Below are positions 19,804-30,006 of a stretch of 64,000 bases of DNA, piece after piece. Origin of the DNA: an uncultured Roseivirgaceae bacterium (GTDB lineage: Bacteria; Bacteroidota; Bacteroidia; Cytophagales; Cyclobacteriaceae); assembly GCA_964563295.1 (NCBI GenBank), contig CAZLWX010000001.1, positions 2,545-66,544 on the forward strand, given 5' to 3'. The position numbers and the translations under genes were made by a program. Numbering within the stretch: the first letter of the stretch is position 1; each line of letters opens with the position of its first letter. The notes under the pieces were generated by a model, which saw only the letters and a program-made list of their open reading frames with translations, had not been told where the DNA came from and searched no databases.

Positions 19804-19884
19804 CAAACTCTTGTGGCTCGGGATTTGTTAAAAAATGTTAAAATTTTGAATTTGCATTTCCACAGTCTCTAATATTGGCGATTT

Positions 19885-20196
19885 ATGAGCAAAAAGGGAG
19901 GAAACACATTGCTGGCATTCCTGGTAGGAGCAACGGCCGGCGCCATTCTGGGCATCCTGTACGCGCCGGACAAGGGCTCCAATACCCGGGAAAAGCTTTC
20001 CTATCAGCTTGACAAGTACAGGAAGATGTTGCAGGACCTGATCAACGACTTCGTTTCGGGGCGCGAGACACCATTAACCTCCGAGGCAAAATCTCAGGGA
20101 CAGAAAGTGGTTGATGAAGCCAAGAACAAGGCCGAAAAGCTCCTGGAAGACGTGGATGAACTTTTGGAACAAATTCGTGGTAAAAAGAGTAATTAG
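19885..20196 (+). CDS. YtxH domain-containing protein.
   Basis: 103 aa with N-terminal LLAFLVGATAGAILGILYAPDKGSNTREKL, typical of YtxH. Confidence 0.7.
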   Translation: MSKKGGNTLLAFLVGATAGAILGILYAPDKGSNTREKLSYQLDKYRKMLQDLINDFVSGRETPLTSEAKSQGQKVVDEAKNKAEKLLEDVDELLEQIRGKKSN

Positions 20197-20202
20197 AAGG
20201 AT

Positions 20203-20742
20203 ATGAAAGTAAATGCAATAACCTGGTTTGTGCTAATCGCTCTGGTCTCGGTTACGGTAGCCTGTCGCGACCGCAATGCGGAAAAGAAAATTGCCGAGCT
20301 CGAGAGCCGTTTGGCCGATCTCGAAAACAAGAAAAACACCGGGGCTCCCACCCCTGTAAGCAAGCCGGCGGAAGAAAAACCGGAAGGTCCCCTGCCGGTT
20401 GCGCAATTTGCCACACTGGAGCATGACTTTGGTACGATCAACGAAGGGGATATTGTGGAATACACCTTTAATGTGAAAAACACCGGCGAAGCACCCCTCA
20501 TCATCCAGGGCGCTCAACCTTCGTGCGGTTGTACCGTGCCGGATTGGACGAAAGAACCGATCCCGGCAGGCGGGTCCGGATTTGTCAAAGCCAAATTCGA
20601 TAGTCATGGTAAGCCTAACATTCAGAATAAAACGATCACGGTGACTGCAAACACCTGGCCGAAGCAGACTGTGCTGCGTTTCAAGGCGATGGTCACTCCA
20701 AAGGCCGGTGTTACCCCAACCGATGGCCCTCTGAAAAAATAG
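20203..20742 (+). CDS. DUF1573 domain-containing protein.
   Basis: FDFGTINEGDIVEYTFNVKNTGEAPLIIQGAQPSCGCTVPDW is the characteristic DUF1573 core. A signal/lipoprotein-like N-terminus has Cys at VTVAC. Confidence 0.75.
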   Translation: MKVNAITWFVLIALVSVTVACRDRNAEKKIAELESRLADLENKKNTGAPTPVSKPAEEKPEGPLPVAQFATLEHDFGTINEGDIVEYTFNVKNTGEAPLIIQGAQPSCGCTVPDWTKEPIPAGGSGFVKAKFDSHGKPNIQNKTITVTANTWPKQTVLRFKAMVTPKAGVTPTDGPLKK

Positions 20743-20765
20743 AGCGCTGCTTAACCGAAATCAAT

Positions 20766-20796
20766 ACCCGCGCCCCCGGCTCGGGTTTTTTATTTT
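20766..20796 (+). terminator. Rho-independent terminator after the DUF1573 gene.
   Basis: ACCCGCGCC-ccc-GGCTCGGGT forms a 9-bp GC-rich stem with one mismatch and a 3-nt loop, followed by TTTTTATTTT. Confidence 0.55.
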
Positions 20797-20822
20797 CTAT
20801 GGCTGAAGTGGCCAGAATGCTA

Positions 20823-20830
20823 TAACTTTG
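20823..20830 (+). promoter_or_regulatory. Candidate -7 box (TAnnTTTG) for yajC.
   Basis: Exact TAACTTTG lies 21 nt upstream of ATG 20852 and directly after the terminator above. Confidence 0.35.
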
Positions 20831-20851
20831 GCAGCTTAATCAAAATCAACT

Positions 20852-21160
20852 ATGCTAACAATCATACTTCAGGCCCAACCCCAACAGAGCTCCTGGTTCA
20901 CGTTTGTCTTCTTCGGAGCGATTATTCTCATTTTCTATTTCTTCATGATTCGCCCCCAGCAAAAGAAAGCGAAGGATCAGCGAAAATTTATTGACGAAAT
21001 AAAGAAGGGGGATTACGTCGTCACCATCGGCGGCGCGCACGGCTATGTTGGCGAGATGGAGGGTGACACGTTTATCCTGGAAGTAGAAAAAGGCGGTCGA
21101 ATCCGTTTCAATAAGACAGCCATTTCATTGGACGCTACCCGGCAGGCAAACAAGAAATAG
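20852..21160 (+). CDS. yajC: Preprotein translocase subunit YajC.
   Basis: 102 aa, single TM, then FFMIRPQQKKAKDQRKFIDEIKKGDYVVTIGGAHG. Confidence 0.85.
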   Translation: MLTIILQAQPQQSSWFTFVFFGAIILIFYFFMIRPQQKKAKDQRKFIDEIKKGDYVVTIGGAHGYVGEMEGDTFILEVEKGGRIRFNKTAISLDATRQANKK

Positions 21161-21194
21161 TGGCTGAAACCAGCCTGGCCAAATTGATCAACCC

Positions 21195-22136
21195 TTGAGC
21201 CCACTCAGGTCGATATTAAAGATTTTGAAATTCAACAGCAGGAACTGGAAGGCGGTTGTATTGTGCATGCTCGCCGCGACAATATTCTGGTTTCTCAACG
21301 CGCTGAACAAGACCTATACCACGAACCTGAACTTTCCGCTGGCGTTTGACTTTGATCGGGCGAACTATATTCCTGTCAAAGCTATGCCGACAGAAGTCCG
21401 CGTCAACGTCACAGGCAACGGATGGGACCTCTTCAAAAGAAGCACCGGTGTTAAAGTTGGCGCGCTGGAAATACCATTGGAACGGCCCGGAGAAGTCAAG
21501 AAGATTGTCGGCAGCACACTCCCGCGCATCCTCTCCAATGAGGTCGATGGCCTGGAAATCAACTACGTGCTGACCGACACGTTGTACCTCGACATTGAGC
21601 CCAAGGCGGGCAAATGGATAAGCCTCTCGCTTGACTCCGTCCAACTCAATATTGAAGAGGGCTACGGTCTGGCAAGTGAGATTTCGATCATGCCGGATTC
21701 GGTTTTTATTGAGGGCCCGAACCGGTTGATCCAGGAATTCACGGAGCCGGTGCTGTTGCGATTGAGGCAGCAGAACATCGATGAACCCTTCATGGAGGAT
21801 GTCGAAATCGAAATTCCTGCGATGGACATTATCCGTCGCGACCCCGGCACGGTTGCCATCATGTTCGATGTGGAAAGGATGGTCCCGATCGAAGACTCCG
21901 TGCGAGTGGTGGTCGAGCATGCACCGCCGACGGTTTCGGTAGTGGAGGAAAAAAGCATTCCGGTTACGATTGCAGTGCCGGAAAACATGGTCCCCAAGTT
22001 TTCGACTGATTCTGTACGCGCGGTATTGAACCTCAGCAACTTCACCCGCGGAGAAGCGATGGTGTATCCGCGCATTGAGGGCCTTCCGAAGTTTACCAGG
22101 GTGGTAAAGGTGGATTCTGTCAGGATTAAACTGTGA
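21195..22136 (+). CDS. YbbR-like domain-containing protein.
   Basis: 313 aa with an N-terminal TM (VVLCMLAATIFWFLNALNK) and repeated beta-rich modules. It sits between yajC and coaE, the conserved Bacteroidota position. The TTG start at 21195 is uncertain. Confidence 0.55.
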   Translation: MSPLRSILKILKFNSRNWKAVVLCMLAATIFWFLNALNKTYTTNLNFPLAFDFDRANYIPVKAMPTEVRVNVTGNGWDLFKRSTGVKVGALEIPLERPGEVKKIVGSTLPRILSNEVDGLEINYVLTDTLYLDIEPKAGKWISLSLDSVQLNIEEGYGLASEISIMPDSVFIEGPNRLIQEFTEPVLLRLRQQNIDEPFMEDVEIEIPAMDIIRRDPGTVAIMFDVERMVPIEDSVRVVVEHAPPTVSVVEEKSIPVTIAVPENMVPKFSTDSVRAVLNLSNFTRGEAMVYPRIEGLPKFTRVVKVDSVRIKL

Positions 22137-22741
22137 GTAAACCTATGCTGATCGGCATCACCGGTGGCATCGGATCGGGTAAGAGCCTGGTGTGCCGGAT
22201 GTTCCATCAGCTAGGTGTCCCGACGTATGATGCCGACAGCCACGCGAAAGAACTTATGACCACCGATGGAATACTCATATCGGCGATCAAGAAAGAATTC
22301 GGTGATTTGGCGTACCATCCCGACGGGGTACTAAACAGGGTGTACCTGGCCAATCACGTTTTTAATGACCAGCAAAAACTGGAGGCGCTCAACAGCCTGG
22401 TCCATCCGCGCGTCAAGGATCATTTTGCCCACTGGGTAAACGCCAGCGCCGGCCACGACTATGTGATAAAAGAGGCGGCCTTGCTGTTTGAGGCTGGGTC
22501 AGACGAGGTATTGGATAAGGTAATCGTGGTGTATGCGCCTGAAGACCTTCGGATTCGACGGGTACTGAAACGCGATTCGCATCGCACACTTGCTCAGATC
22601 CGCGAGATTATTGCCAAGCAAATGCCTGAAGAGGAGAAATTGAAACGTGCCGATGTAGTTATCACCAACGATGAGAATACGTTGCTTATTCCGCAGGTGC
22701 TTCGACTGCACGAACAATTTTCCTTCGAAGCCAATCAATGA
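22133..22741 (+). CDS. coaE: Dephospho-CoA kinase.
   Basis: P-loop IGITGGIGSGKS. 202 aa. A 4-nt overlap with the preceding gene. Confidence 0.9.
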   Translation: MSKPMLIGITGGIGSGKSLVCRMFHQLGVPTYDADSHAKELMTTDGILISAIKKEFGDLAYHPDGVLNRVYLANHVFNDQQKLEALNSLVHPRVKDHFAHWVNASAGHDYVIKEAALLFEAGSDEVLDKVIVVYAPEDLRIRRVLKRDSHRTLAQIREIIAKQMPEEEKLKRADVVITNDENTLLIPQVLRLHEQFSFEANQ

Positions 22742-22803
22742 TTGGAGGCGCGAACCAGTTTCGGCCGCCATGTGTTACAAGTAGTTATTGGGAAATTTTT
22801 TAT

Positions 22804-23859
22804 ATGAGTTTAGGTTTTCGATCGATTGTATTTTCTGCCGCACTTGTCGTTACCGCTTGCAATTCCGGGGACGAGAAACAACAGGCTGTTGCCGGTAGAA
22901 CCCGTCAGCAAGGCCCCGTGATCGTGGATGGCTTTGTGGTGACCCCAACGTCCGTTAGTGAGAGTGTCCAGGTGCCAGGTTCGTTGCTGCCGTTTGAGGA
23001 AACGGCTATCCGCGCTGAAGTCGGCGGAAGAATCGTCGGATTGAATATCACAGAAGGTTCCATTGTTGAAAAGGGCACGCTTTTGGTAAAACTTTTCGAC
23101 AAAGATCTGCAGGCGCAACTTCAAAAACTCAGGGTCCAGTTGAAGATCATTCAAAAGACGGAAGAACGGAACCGGGAGTTGCTTAAGATCAATGCGATCA
23201 GCCAGCAGGATTATGATCTGAGTGTACTCAATGTGGAGAACCTTCGCGCCGATATCGAAACAACTGAAATCGCCATCTCTAAAACCGAGATTCGGGCGCC
23301 CTACCGGGGTACGATTGGTCTTCGGAACGTAAGCCTTGGATCGTACATTTCGCCGAACGACATCGTTACCACCATCCGCCAGGTCGACCGGTTGAAACTT
23401 GACTTCGCAGTCCCCGAGAAATACGCAAGGGAAATTTCCAAGGGTTACGTGGTAAGATTCCGGGTTGATGGCGGGACCAAAGACCATCTCGCAAGCGTAA
23501 TTGCAACGGAAAACAGCGTCGACCAGAACACCAGGACACTGCGGATAAAAGCCGTTGTGAATGAGTCTGACAGGGAGCTGGTTCCAGGGCTTTTTGCCAA
23601 AATAAATCTGCAATTGGGCAAGGATACCAATGCGCTGGTCGTACCGACACAAGCTGTCATTCCAAACATCCGCAACAAGCAGATCATCATCAAAAGGAAT
23701 GATAGCGCAGTGTTCTCGGTCGTGGAGACTGGTATTCGCGACTCGTCGTATGTCCAGATATTAAGCGGAGTAGCGCCTGGCGATACAGTGGTCACCTCCG
23801 GTTTGATGGCTATTCGTCCGAATGGAAAGATTCAGGTTTCGCGTGTAAAATCTCTCTGA
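22804..23859 (+). CDS. Efflux RND transporter periplasmic adaptor subunit.
   Basis: Start set at ATG 22804 (MSLGFRSIVFSAALVVTACNSG, lipoprotein signal). It has coiled-coil and barrel-sandwich motifs (AQLQKLRVQL, IRAPYRGTIG). Confidence 0.85.
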   Translation: MSLGFRSIVFSAALVVTACNSGDEKQQAVAGRTRQQGPVIVDGFVVTPTSVSESVQVPGSLLPFEETAIRAEVGGRIVGLNITEGSIVEKGTLLVKLFDKDLQAQLQKLRVQLKIIQKTEERNRELLKINAISQQDYDLSVLNVENLRADIETTEIAISKTEIRAPYRGTIGLRNVSLGSYISPNDIVTTIRQVDRLKLDFAVPEKYAREISKGYVVRFRVDGGTKDHLASVIATENSVDQNTRTLRIKAVVNESDRELVPGLFAKINLQLGKDTNALVVPTQAVIPNIRNKQIIIKRNDSAVFSVVETGIRDSSYVQILSGVAPGDTVVTSGLMAIRPNGKIQVSRVKSL

Positions 23860-23889
23860 GCTGTAGTTATTGTTGATTAAAGCCGTGTT

Positions 23890-26800
23890 ATGAATATCTC
23901 CGAATTAAGTTTACGGCGCCCTGTGATGGCCTTCGTTATGAATATCATCATCGTGATATTCGGCATTATTGGCTTCACTTTTCTGGGCGTACGCGATTAC
24001 CCCGCCATCGATCCTCCGAACGTAAACGTGCGGACGACATATCCGGGAGCCAACGCGGATATCATCGAATCTCAGATCACGGAACCGCTGGAAGAGCAGA
24101 TCAATGGTATCGCGGGTGTTAAGAACATCACCTCGTCGTCCAGCGTCGGGAACAGCAGTATCAACATTGAATTTGAATTGAGCGTCGACCTCGAGGCTGC
24201 TGCCAATGACGTTCGCGACAAAGTATCACAGGCCGTCCGATCGCTGCCCGACGACCTTCCTGGCCCGCCAGTGGTCAGCAAATCGGACGCGAGCGCCAGT
24301 TCGATCATCTCCATGACCGTTCAAAGCAACACCCGCAACTCGCTGCAGTTGACGGAATACGCCAACAACTTACTCGTCGAGCGCCTCGCCACCATTCCCG
24401 GCGTCAGCCGCATTCAGGTATGGGGGGAGAAGAAATATGCCATGCGCATCTGGCTTGATCCGACGAAACTCAGCGCGTACAGTCTGACCCCGCTCGATGT
24501 GCAGGCAGCTCTCAATCGCCAGAACATTGAACTTCCCTCCGGCAAGATCTCCGGGACAGCCACCGAGCTCACGGTTCGTACGTTCGGCAAGCTCTATACC
24601 GAAGAGGACTTCAACAATGTTATTGTCAAGTCCTCACCCACGGGCGACATCAGGCTGAGAGATGTCGGTCAGTGTATCCTCGGACCAGAGAACGAAGAGT
24701 CAGTCTTGCGCGAAAGCAACGTCGCCATGGTCGGCCTGGCCATCGTGCCCCTGCCAGGATCAAACTATGTCGAGATATCCGACGAATTCTATCGGCGCCT
24801 GGAGAAGATCAAAAAAGAAGTTCCGGAAGATATCAACCTGGACATCGCCATGGATCAGACGGTGTTCATCAAACGATCGATTTCTGAAGTGGAAGAGACA
24901 CTAATCATTTCCTTCCTGCTGGTCGTGCTGATTATCTATCTCTTCTTCCGCGACTTTATTATCGCCATCCGGCCGTTGATAGACATACCGGTCTCGCTGA
25001 TCTCGACCTTTTTTATCATGTATCTCTGCGGCTTCTCGATCAACGTGCTGACTATGTTGGGTATTGTACTCGCGACAGGTCTTGTCGTCGATGACGGAAT
25101 CGTGGTCACGGAGAACATCTATAAGAAGTTGGAAGGCGGGATGAATAAATACCGCGCCGCGAAAGAGGGATCGCGTGAGATTTTCTTCGCCGTTATCTCC
25201 ACGTCGATCACACTGGCCATTGTATTTCTTCCGATCCTCTTCCTGGAAGGCTTTGTGGGCAGGTTATTTACCGAATTCGGAATTGTCGTGGCCGGGGCTG
25301 TGCTTGTGTCTTGCTTCGTGTCGTTGACACTGACGCCCGTGCTGAGTGTTAAACTTACCCGCACCAATCACCGCCATTCGGGATTCTACGAGAAAACTGA
25401 ACCCTTCTTCCGCGGATTGGAGAATGGGTATCGCCGATGGCTGGGTGCCTTCATGAACGTGCGCTGGGTGTCGCTCGTCATTATCGCGGTCTGCCTGGCT
25501 GCGGCTTATCTGATCGGTACCAATATTCAGTCAGAGCTTGCCCCGATGGAGGACCGCAATCAGTTCCGGCTCCAGTTGACGGCGCAAGAAGGCACTTCGT
25601 ACGACTACATGGATGACTACGTACAGCGGATGGTGCAGTTTGTGATGGACTCAGTACCCGAGTACATCAGTGCCCTATCTGTCACGGCACCAGGATTTAC
25701 GGGTTCGGGGTCTGTCAACAACGGATTCGTTTTCGTGCGCCTGGTAGATCCGGATGAGCGGGATCGATCACAGCAGGATATTGTGGACATGGTCAACCGA
25801 AACATGGTCCACTTCCCGGAAGGCCGGGCCTTTGCCATTCAGGAACAGACCATCCAGGTGAGCCGGCGCAGCGGTCAACCCGTTCAATTCGTCATCCAGA
25901 ATAATAACTTTGAAAAGCTTAGACAGGCCCTTCCTGAAATCCTTGATGCGGCAAACGCAAGCCCGGTCCTTCAGGGTGTAGACACCGATCTGAAGTTCAA
26001 TAAACCCGAACTGCGGGTGGAGATTAACCGGTTGAAAGCCGCACAGCTCGGTATTAGTGTACAAGACATTGCTCAAACCCTCCAACTCGCCTACAGTAAT
26101 CTTCGCTTTGGATACTTCACCAAAGACGGCAAACAATACCAGGTGATGGGACAGGTTGCCAAAATCAACCGCGATGATCCTGATGATCTCAAGAACCTCT
26201 ACGTGCGCACAAACTCAGGCGAATTGATATCGATCGACAATGTGGTGACGGTGTCGGAAACGACAACGCCGCCATCACTCTATCACTTTAACCGGTACAA
26301 GTCGGCGACGATAAACGCCAACCTCGCTCCTGGCAAGACCATTGGCGACGGGATCGTTGAGATGGAGAAGATTGCCGCCGGGATCCTGGATGATAGTTTT
26401 ACTACGTCGCTCGCCGGTTCATCGCGTGATTATGCGGAAAGTGCCAGTAACACGGCCTTCGCATTCGTACTCGCGCTGATATTGATTTACCTTATCCTGG
26501 CAGCCCAGTTTGAAAGCTTCGTCGATCCGTTGACGATTATGTTTACGGTGCCGTTGGCGATTTGCGGCGCATTTATTTCGCTGTGGATCTTCGGCCAGAC
26601 GTTGAATATTTTCTCGCAGATCGGGATGATTATGCTGATCGGACTCGTTACCAAGAACGGTATTCTGATCGTGGAGTTCGCTAACCAGAAACGCGAGGAC
26701 GGCCTCTCGAAGTTTGATGCCGTGCTGGAAGCGTCTCGATTGCGTCTGCGTCCGATCCTGATGACCAGTCTTGCGATGGCGCTCGGATCATTGCCATTGG

Positions 26801-27012
26801 CGCTGGCTCTGGGAGACGCCTCAACGAGTCGTCAGCCACTGGGAATAGTGATCGTGGGCGGAGTTCTTTTCTCCCTCGTTCTCACGCTATTCGTCATTCC
26901 GGCGATGTATTCCTACCTGTCGAGGACACGGAAGCACATAAATTTCGACGAGGAAGTTAAACCGATTGAGACCACGCCGAAGCCCGAGAAGGAACTTGTC
27001 TATGAAACCTAG
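23890..27012 (+). CDS. Efflux RND transporter permease (AcrB/HAE1 family).
   Basis: 1040 aa in 12-TM architecture. N-terminus SELSLRRPVMAFVMNIIIVIFG, and conserved VLATGLVVDDGIVVTENI and LIGLVTKNGILIVEFAN. Confidence 0.95.
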   Translation: MNISELSLRRPVMAFVMNIIIVIFGIIGFTFLGVRDYPAIDPPNVNVRTTYPGANADIIESQITEPLEEQINGIAGVKNITSSSSVGNSSINIEFELSVDLEAAANDVRDKVSQAVRSLPDDLPGPPVVSKSDASASSIISMTVQSNTRNSLQLTEYANNLLVERLATIPGVSRIQVWGEKKYAMRIWLDPTKLSAYSLTPLDVQAALNRQNIELPSGKISGTATELTVRTFGKLYTEEDFNNVIVKSSPTGDIRLRDVGQCILGPENEESVLRESNVAMVGLAIVPLPGSNYVEISDEFYRRLEKIKKEVPEDINLDIAMDQTVFIKRSISEVEETLIISFLLVVLIIYLFFRDFIIAIRPLIDIPVSLISTFFIMYLCGFSINVLTMLGIVLATGLVVDDGIVVTENIYKKLEGGMNKYRAAKEGSREIFFAVISTSITLAIVFLPILFLEGFVGRLFTEFGIVVAGAVLVSCFVSLTLTPVLSVKLTRTNHRHSGFYEKTEPFFRGLENGYRRWLGAFMNVRWVSLVIIAVCLAAAYLIGTNIQSELAPMEDRNQFRLQLTAQEGTSYDYMDDYVQRMVQFVMDSVPEYISALSVTAPGFTGSGSVNNGFVFVRLVDPDERDRSQQDIVDMVNRNMVHFPEGRAFAIQEQTIQVSRRSGQPVQFVIQNNNFEKLRQALPEILDAANASPVLQGVDTDLKFNKPELRVEINRLKAAQLGISVQDIAQTLQLAYSNLRFGYFTKDGKQYQVMGQVAKINRDDPDDLKNLYVRTNSGELISIDNVVTVSETTTPPSLYHFNRYKSATINANLAPGKTIGDGIVEMEKIAAGILDDSFTTSLAGSSRDYAESASNTAFAFVLALILIYLILAAQFESFVDPLTIMFTVPLAICGAFISLWIFGQTLNIFSQIGMIMLIGLVTKNGILIVEFANQKREDGLSKFDAVLEASRLRLRPILMTSLAMALGSLPLALALGDASTSRQPLGIVIVGGVLFSLVLTLFVIPAMYSYLSRTRKHINFDEEVKPIETTPKPEKELVYET

Positions 27013-28321
27013 AATTTTCGCCGCACTCTTTTCTTTTTTAGTTATCGTTTCGACTGTCCGTGCTCAGGAAGTAATTCCCCTGGAAGAGGTGATCGCACTG
27101 GCCCTGGAGAAAAACTACGACGTTCAGATTTCCAGGAAAGCTTCTGAGTCCGCCGGCGTTGACAATGCCTTTGTCTGGGGCGCCTTCGTTCCGCAAATCA
27201 ATGCCGTCGCGGGCACCGTATGGAATGCCAATGACCAACAACTCCGGTTTCAGGATGCAAGCAGGGATAACAGCGGCCGGGCTGAATCCAACAATCGAAA
27301 TGCCTCGCTCCAGCTGAACTGGACACTCTTCGACGGCACCCGCATGTTTGCCACACAGGAACGTATTGGAGTGATCGCGGAGCAGGGTGAGTTGCTGGTG
27401 AAGGACCAGATGGTCAATACCATCGCTGCCACTATCGCCACCTACTACGACATCGTTCGGCAAAAGCAGCAGCTCAAAGCCATCCTGGAACAAATGTCGG
27501 TAAGTGAGGAACGCGTCAAGATCGCTGAGCGAAAATTGGACGTCGGCACGGGAGTAAAACCCGAGCTGCTGCAGGCCCGTGTTGACTACAACGCCCAGCG
27601 AACGCAGGTCATCCAACAGGAATCAATCATCCAGCAACTCAAATTGCAACTCAATGCCATGGTGGGCGAACAGCTGCCTGCAACCTACGAGGTTGCCGAC
27701 ACGATCCTGATCAACCTTGAACTCGACCCGGAAGATATTGGCGAAAGCGTTGAAAATTCCAATTTCGGTCTGATGGCCCTCCGGCAAAATGTTCGCGCGG
27801 CAAATCTGTCGGTACATGAACGACGCGCGGAGTACTTTCCAATTTTGAATTTTAATGCGGCTTACAATTATGCTCAGACAGACAACACTCGCCAGATAAA
27901 CCCCTTTTCACCTGTATTTAACCAGCAACAGGGCTACAATTATGGTTTTACACTCAATATTCCCATACTGAACGGGTTCAACACCCGTCGTCTCACCCAA
28001 CTCGCAAAGATCGAGGCGGATCGGCAAAGTCTTTTATATAGTCAGGCTAAAACGAACGTCAACACCGCTCTTCGAAACGCCTATATCAACTACGACAACG
28101 CCCGGCGGATACTACTCATCGAAGAAGAGAATATCGGCCTCGCCCGCGAAAACGTGTTTATCGCACTGGAGGCTTTCAAACGCGGTGTCACTACTTTTAT
28201 CGAGTTGCGTACCGCCCAGCAAAGCCTGGAAGTCGCCTATAACAGTCTGATCGCGGCGCGCTACAATGCGAAGTTAGCTGAAACAGAACTGCTCCGCCTT
28301 TCGGGACGGTTACTCCGATAA
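27002..28321 (+). CDS. TolC-family outer membrane efflux protein.
   Basis: Start set at ATG 27002 (MKPRIFAALFSFLVIVSTVRAQ), overlapping the pump stop by 11 nt. The fold shows two-repeat helical/barrel signatures, with C-terminal ARYNAKLAETELLRLSG. Confidence 0.85.
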   Translation: MKPRIFAALFSFLVIVSTVRAQEVIPLEEVIALALEKNYDVQISRKASESAGVDNAFVWGAFVPQINAVAGTVWNANDQQLRFQDASRDNSGRAESNNRNASLQLNWTLFDGTRMFATQERIGVIAEQGELLVKDQMVNTIAATIATYYDIVRQKQQLKAILEQMSVSEERVKIAERKLDVGTGVKPELLQARVDYNAQRTQVIQQESIIQQLKLQLNAMVGEQLPATYEVADTILINLELDPEDIGESVENSNFGLMALRQNVRAANLSVHERRAEYFPILNFNAAYNYAQTDNTRQINPFSPVFNQQQGYNYGFTLNIPILNGFNTRRLTQLAKIEADRQSLLYSQAKTNVNTALRNAYINYDNARRILLIEEENIGLARENVFIALEAFKRGVTTFIELRTAQQSLEVAYNSLIAARYNAKLAETELLRLSGRLLR

Positions 28322-28369
28322 CCTTCTGGGTTCAGGTGCGCGATTGCCATTCCTGCCGTATCTTGGATC

Positions 28370-29188
28370 ATGGTCGAACAAATACGCGAAGCATCTCGGT
28401 TCATTCATGATCGCGGAGTAACTAACCCACTGGTTGGTGTCATTCTCGGCACTGGCCTCGGCAATCGGTTTGTTCAGGAAGTCTCCAATCAACTGACCAT
28501 TCCCTACAGCGACATTCCTCATTTCCCAATTTCAACCGTTGAATCCCACCACGGCAAACTAATCTTCGGGTTGGTCCATGACACGAGCGTTCTCGTTATG
28601 CAAGGGCGTTTCCATTACTATGAAGGGTATAGCGCCTCACAAGTCACGTTCCCCGTTCGGGTGATGAAAGACATAGGTGTACGACACCTGTTGATTTCAA
28701 ACGCCGCCGGCAACCTCAATCCACAATGGCATCGCGGCGACCTGATGGTGATCGACGATCACATCAACCTTCAACCTGACAACCCGCTGAGAGGAAAGAA
28801 TGATGATTCCCTCGGCGTCCGGTTTCCGGATATGAGCCAACCCTATTCCCAAGATCTGATCGATCGCCTTCAAGCGCTTGCCAAACAGGAAAGAATTACG
28901 TTGCGTCATGGTGTCTATGCGGCCGTCTCCGGCCCCAACCTGGAAACCCGCGCTGAATATCGTTTCCTCAGAACAATCGGCGCCGACGCGGTCGGGATGT
29001 CGACGGTGCCGGAAGTGATCGTTGCCAATCACGCCGGACTATCTTGTTGTGCGGTATCAGTCTTGACTGACGACTGCGATCCCGATAATCTAAAACCAGT
29101 CAGCCTGGCTGAGATCATTGCCGTATCGCGCGAAGCGGAACCCAAACTAACGAAACTCTTTGTTGCGCTGATCGGTCAATTGCGATGA
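28370..29188 (+). CDS. Purine nucleoside phosphorylase (PunA/trimeric type).
   Basis: GVILGTGLG, FPISTVESHHGKL, MQGRFHYYEG, GPNLETRAEYRFLRTIGADAVGMSTVPE. Confidence 0.9.
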   Translation: MVEQIREASRFIHDRGVTNPLVGVILGTGLGNRFVQEVSNQLTIPYSDIPHFPISTVESHHGKLIFGLVHDTSVLVMQGRFHYYEGYSASQVTFPVRVMKDIGVRHLLISNAAGNLNPQWHRGDLMVIDDHINLQPDNPLRGKNDDSLGVRFPDMSQPYSQDLIDRLQALAKQERITLRHGVYAAVSGPNLETRAEYRFLRTIGADAVGMSTVPEVIVANHAGLSCCAVSVLTDDCDPDNLKPVSLAEIIAVSREAEPKLTKLFVALIGQLR

Positions 29189-29280
29189 ACATTGTGCTGG
29201 CACTGCCGGTAACAATGGGATTGTTACGCTATAAATCGCTATTTTTTGAGAGTCAAGACCCGATGGTCCCCGTTTAGGAA

Positions 29281-30006
29281 ATGAAAGTCGCGTTGTTCAT
29301 CCCCTGCTACATCAACCAGTTTTACCCACAGGTTGCCATCGCCACCCTGGAAATCCTGGAGAAGTTGCAGGTCGAAGTAAGTTACCCGATGGGTCAAGTC
29401 TGCTGTGGCCAGCCGATGGCGAACGCGGGCTTCCAGCATCTCACGGAGCCCTTCACCGACGCGTTCCTGGAGCAGTTTGATCATTTCGACTACGTAGTAT
29501 GCCCTTCTGGCAGCTGCACGCTTCATTTGAAGGAGCACGTGAACAATGCACGTGACAACGAAAGGCATTTGGGAAGGATATTCGAGCTGACCGAATTCCT
29601 CACCGACGTGATCGGCGTGGCCGCCTTGCCTGCGCGTTTTCCCCACCGGGTAGCCTTGCATCAAAGCTGCCACGGCTTGCGAGGACTTCGCCTGGCGCGT
29701 GCAAGCGAATTGGTCGAGTCTCCGTTCTCAAAACCTGAAAAACTCCTGCGGCTTGTCGACGGCCTGACTGTCGTGGAGCCTTCACGACCGGATGAATGCT
29801 GCGGATTTGGTGGACTGTTTTCGATTGGTGAGGAGGCAGTAAGTGTGCGGATGGGCACCGATCGCATTGAAGATTTCGCCGGTTGCGGAGCCGAATACAT
29901 CACGAGCGGAGACATGAGCTGCCTGATGCATCTCGAAGGAATCCTTCGGCGCCAGAACAGCGCGATACAGACCATTCACATTGCCGAAATCCTCAACGCG
30001 CGATGA
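29281..30006 (+). CDS. lutA: Lactate utilisation protein A (Fe-S oxidoreductase with CCG domains).
   Basis: MKVALFIPCYINQFYP and two cysteine-rich CCG motifs (QVCCGQP, ECCGFGG). 241 aa. Confidence 0.85.
   Translation: MKVALFIPCYINQFYPQVAIATLEILEKLQVEVSYPMGQVCCGQPMANAGFQHLTEPFTDAFLEQFDHFDYVVCPSGSCTLHLKEHVNNARDNERHLGRIFELTEFLTDVIGVAALPARFPHRVALHQSCHGLRGLRLARASELVESPFSKPEKLLRLVDGLTVVEPSRPDECCGFGGLFSIGEEAVSVRMGTDRIEDFAGCGAEYITSGDMSCLMHLEGILRRQNSAIQTIHIAEILNAR

Noticed and set aside
18322-19806. A 494-codon ORF on the minus strand covering all of nusB and the 3' end of the leucine dehydrogenase gene.
   Set aside because: Its codon boundaries coincide exactly with those of nusB and the dehydrogenase gene, so it is the in-phase antisense frame. 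It stays open simply because the sense genes avoid TTA, CTA and TCA codons. The translation is low-information (L/V/G/D-rich) with no motifs, whereas the + strand products are clearly NusB and leucine dehydrogenase.
29209-29227. A perfect 8-bp hairpin GTAACAAT-ggg-ATTGTTAC after the purine nucleoside phosphorylase gene, considered as a terminator.
   Set aside because: No U-tract follows directly. The T-run begins 15 nt later. It is AT-rich and short, so it was left uncalled.
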